From assembly GCA_964651045.1 (NCBI GenBank), contig CAZYVD010000002.1, forward strand, positions 7,930-71,929: DNA of 64,000 nt. Direction: 5' to 3'. This stretch comes from an uncultured bacterium (GTDB lineage: Bacteria; Zhuqueibacterota; QNDG01; DSAB01). The notes below the pieces were generated by a model. It was not told the DNA's origin, ran no database searches, and was given only the letters and a program-made list of their open reading frames with translations. Shown one piece after another: positions 61,029 through 64,000 of the stretch; within the stretch, counting starts at the first letter, position 1, and the number at the start of each line of letters is the position of its first letter. The position numbers were made by a program, and so were the translations under genes.

Positions 61029-64000
61029 TTGGAAAGGGATCGGGATGAATATATAAAAATCTGTAAAAAGATCGACGAACTCAGGCAAAAAGAGAAGAGA
61101 GTAGAGCTGATATCATCATTGATCTTATATCTTTCAATTCTGATTTTAATGCTCTTTGTGTTCTCAGTTCTTGAAGCGGTTTTTCATTTTAACTCTTTTG
61201 CAAGGGTTTGTATTTGTGCGGTGCTCTCCGTTTTACTTTTTTTATTTTTTATTATCATCATAGGGCGGAAAATTTATTCGCTTCTATTCAGAAGGAATCA
61301 TCCTTCGGATGACTCTATTGCATTGAGGATAGGAAACCACTTCCCAACAATAAAGGATCGTCTGGTAAATGGGATTCAGGTTTACAGGCAGAAATCGGAG
61401 AGAGGAACATCGAAATTTCTTGCAAGTGCTGCCTTGACACATATTGCAGAAGATTTCATATCTCTTGACCTTTCGAAGGTAGTTCAAAGAAAAAATATTT
61501 TTAAGTCTCTTAGGATGCTTCTTATCTTAATTGTGGTTGTGACAGTTTCATTTGTACTATTTAAACAAGATTTAATTTCATCGATTAATAGAATAAAATA
61601 TCCGCATATGGATTTTTCTAATATTTCAATACTTGGAATAGAGGTCCATCCTGGAAATAGGATAGTAAGAGCAGGAGAGGATGTTGAGATCTGGATTGAT
61701 GTAAATGGTAGAGTGGAAGATGGCCTGGTGCTGTGCTGGAGCAGGCAGAACGGAAAAGAGGAGTTTCGAAGACTGGAGAAGCCCTTTAAATATCGATTTT
61801 CATCAATGCGGAAATCGATCGATTATTATGTCAGATATAAGAGATATAAATCTGAAAAATACAGGATAGAGGTTGTTAGGCCGCCCTCAGTTGTTGGACT
61901 AAGAGTATTGATCAAACCACCCCCCTATGCAGGAGACGGTGTCTGGAAGGAGGAAACAAATGATGGAGAGATAGAAGCACTGAAGGGGTCTGCAGTTAAA
62001 ATAATTGTGACATCGAATAAAATATTAAGAAGAGGTGCGATTGTCTTTGAAAGCTCAAAAGAGGAAGAGATGGATGTGAATGGAAGAGCTGCAGAAGGGT
62101 TCTTTAGAATTGAAAAGGACGACAGCTATTTTATCATTTTAGAAGACACGCTTGGTTTTAAAAATTCAGACCCCGTTTCACACCAGATAAGAGTTCGGAA
62201 AGATTTCTATCCATTGGCAACTATTCTTTATCCAGAAGGAGATGTAGAACTTGATAGGTCGATGAGTGTACCACTTCGGCTTAGCGGTGAAGATGATTTC
62301 GGGATCCTTAGATACTATCTTGTATTTCGTATAAAGAGAGAGATGTTTGGTGAAACTTTCTCTGACACAATTTTCTTTTCACAAAGAGAAAAAGGAGTCA
62401 GGTCAAGGAGGGAAGTATACTTAGATTTTGTATGGGGTCTTGATACACTTCCTCTATTGCCTGAGGATGTTGTAGAATACAGATTTGAGGTGTGTGACAA
62501 CGATTTTGTATCGGGGCCAAAGATCGGGAGGAGCAAGATACTCTCAATACATTTTCCATCGATGTGGGAAATTTTTCAAAAGGTAAACAGTGAGCAGACA
62601 GATCAGATCGAAACCGTTTCTGCAATACTGGAGAGGGCAAAGAGAATAAAGAAGAAGTTGAGAGGCCTTGTAGAAAGAGTAAGGGGTGAAGATAGATTGA
62701 GATGGGAGAGAAAACAGGATTTGGAATCAGTGATTAAACAAGAGAAGATGGTTTTTAGTGGAGTCGACAGCCTTCAGCGCAGATTGGAGAGGATGATTGA
62801 AAGATTGGAAAGAGAAGATCTTGCTGCAGCCGAGACTATAGAAAAATACAGAGAGCTTCGGGAGCTCTTAAGTCGGATTTCATCACCAGAATTAAAAAAT
62901 GCAATGGAGAGGCTACAGAATGCGATCGAGAATCTTGATAAAGACTTAGTTGAAAAGGCTCTTGAAAAGATGAATATATCTCACGACGATGTTTTGCGTT
63001 CACTGGACAGGACGATATCTCTTCTAAAGAAGATTCAGATTGAACAGAGAATAGACAGGTTGGTAAAATCGATTGAAAGGATTATTGAAAGGCAGGAAGG
63101 AATAAGAAAAAGTGCAAGAAAAAGCAGTAAAGAGGCAGCAGAGTCTCAGAAGATTAATATAGATGATACTAAAAAATTTGAAGATGAGATGAAGGTGCTC
63201 TATAGCAGAAGAGATAATTTCCCTGAAATAGATTTTACTCTTTTAAAGGCAGCAGTCGATACGTTTGATTCGAGTGGTCTAATTAAAAAACTTGAAGTGA
63301 TTCAGAAGATGATTGAGGCAGGCAGAACAGAAGAGTCGTGTGAGATGAGTTCTCTTGCAGAGGGCAAGCTATCATCGGTCTCGAACTTACTTAAAATGAT
63401 GCGCAATGAGATTGGAAGAGAGCAGAGAGAAAAGACCGTTGCAATATTGAGAAGGGTTTGCTATGATTTACTGAAAATTTCAGAGGCAGAAGAGTCTCTG
63501 ATCTTTGACATCAAAGAGGGAGAGATACGGCCTGATGAAGCTGCGGAAATGCAGCTTTCACTTTTTTCAGGGTTAACAGCCATATCAGATTCTCTGCATC
63601 AACTCTCTCTTGAGACATTCTATGTTACACCCTCTATCTGGGCAATAATTGGAAGTTCACAGCAAGAGATGATGCATGCAATAAGGAGACTGGAGCAGAT
63701 GCAGCACTTGCAGGCAGTAGTTCACCAGAAAGAGGCAATGGGTCTTTTAAACAAGGGGATAATCGAGATTCAGAACATATTGAAAAGAGTTAAAGAGAAT
63801 GGTTCTTTTCTGGGGATGGAGGAATTCTTTAAAGAGCTCGAGGATATCTCAAAGAGACAGGAGGGAATAAACAGTGCTACCATGGGGCTATTTAAAAACA
63901 GGATGATGTTGGGCGACCAGACATCAATTTTAAAACTTGCGGCCGAGCAGCAAGCAGTAATGAAAGAACTTCAGCGGCTGTATGATCAGGTTTCAGATCG
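61029..64000 (+). CDS. Partial (runs off the window) large membrane-anchored coiled-coil protein of more than 980 aa, possibly DUF4175-like
   Basis: Manual translation of this frame is uninterrupted from the DUF4159 stop to position 64000. A GAGAGGA SD lies 6 nt before a TTG at 61029, and the first ATG is at 61149. Two N-terminal TM helices ('LISSLILYLSILILMLFVFSVL', 'VCICAVLSVLLFLFFIIIIG') precede hundreds of residues of heptad-like E/K/R/L-rich sequence. It is missing from the ORF track because it is open-ended. Confidence 0.6.
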   Translation, partial: MERDRDEYIKICKKIDELRQKEKRVELISSLILYLSILILMLFVFSVLEAVFHFNSFARVCICAVLSVLLFLFFIIIIGRKIYSLLFRRNHPSDDSIALRIGNHFPTIKDRLVNGIQVYRQKSERGTSKFLASAALTHIAEDFISLDLSKVVQRKNIFKSLRMLLILIVVVTVSFVLFKQDLISSINRIKYPHMDFSNISILGIEVHPGNRIVRAGEDVEIWIDVNGRVEDGLVLCWSRQNGKEEFRRLEKPFKYRFSSMRKSIDYYVRYKRYKSEKYRIEVVRPPSVVGLRVLIKPPPYAGDGVWKEETNDGEIEALKGSAVKIIVTSNKILRRGAIVFESSKEEEMDVNGRAAEGFFRIEKDDSYFIILEDTLGFKNSDPVSHQIRVRKDFYPLATILYPEGDVELDRSMSVPLRLSGEDDFGILRYYLVFRIKREMFGETFSDTIFFSQREKGVRSRREVYLDFVWGLDTLPLLPEDVVEYRFEVCDNDFVSGPKIGRSKILSIHFPSMWEIFQKVNSEQTDQIETVSAILERAKRIKKKLRGLVERVRGEDRLRWERKQDLESVIKQEKMVFSGVDSLQRRLERMIERLEREDLAAAETIEKYRELRELLSRISSPELKNAMERLQNAIENLDKDLVEKALEKMNISHDDVLRSLDRTISLLKKIQIEQRIDRLVKSIERIIERQEGIRKSARKSSKEAAESQKINIDDTKKFEDEMKVLYSRRDNFPEIDFTLLKAAVDTFDSSGLIKKLEVIQKMIEAGRTEESCEMSSLAEGKLSSVSNLLKMMRNEIGREQREKTVAILRRVCYDLLKISEAEESLIFDIKEGEIRPDEAAEMQLSLFSGLTAISDSLHQLSLETFYVTPSIWAIIGSSQQEMMHAIRRLEQMQHLQAVVHQKEAMGLLNKGIIEIQNILKRVKENGSFLGMEEFFKELEDISKRQEGINSATMGLFKNRMMLGDQTSILKLAAEQQAVMKELQRLYDQVSD

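Overview
This is a low-GC bacterial chromosomal window centred on the replication-origin neighbourhood. It carries dnaA-dnaN, a small DUF721/DciA-like gene (no recF), then gyrB-gyrA, and further right rpmH-rnpA-yidD-yidC-mnmE-mnmG-rsmG-mfd. Perfect DnaA boxes (TGTGGATAA) sit upstream of dnaA and over its start codon, and an AT-rich unwinding element lies at about 19290-19380.

The left 8.4 kb is a minus-strand Wzx/Wzy-type polysaccharide locus. Reading leftward it encodes an RmlC-like cupin, rfbB, a UDP-sugar 6-dehydrogenase, Wza, a kinase-less Wzz/GumC-type co-polymerase, Wzx, a GT2 glycosyltransferase and a partial Wzy-like protein. A 745-bp non-coding gap at the strand switch separates it from the plus-strand housekeeping genes: a class III aminotransferase, rsmI, a CDP-alcohol phosphatidyltransferase, panD, a MATE transporter, tmk, ctpA and ppdK.

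Downstream of gyrA lies an archease gene, an orphan acidic protein, a FecR-domain membrane protein and an agmatinase. The most interesting unexplained module is a minus-strand triad at 30338-34611: a DUF4956 membrane protein, a VTC (polyphosphate-polymerase) domain protein, and a 958-aa secreted CotH-kinase-like protein fused to a right-handed beta-helix. Just upstream of it is a roughly 600-bp block of near-identical tandem repeats packed with GC-rich perfect palindromes. Beyond that sits a 2045-aa SprA-like giant outer-membrane protein whose start codon abuts a 16-bp inverted repeat.

The window also contains a C1 cysteine peptidase with a T9SS C-terminal sorting domain, so the organism probably has a type IX secretion system. 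Other features are LptF/LptG-family permeases, three consecutive parvulin-type PPIase chaperones, DUF456, DUF4159, and the 5' part of a giant coiled-coil membrane protein that runs off the window end. No rRNA, tRNA, CRISPR, transposase or integrase could be supported from the sequence.
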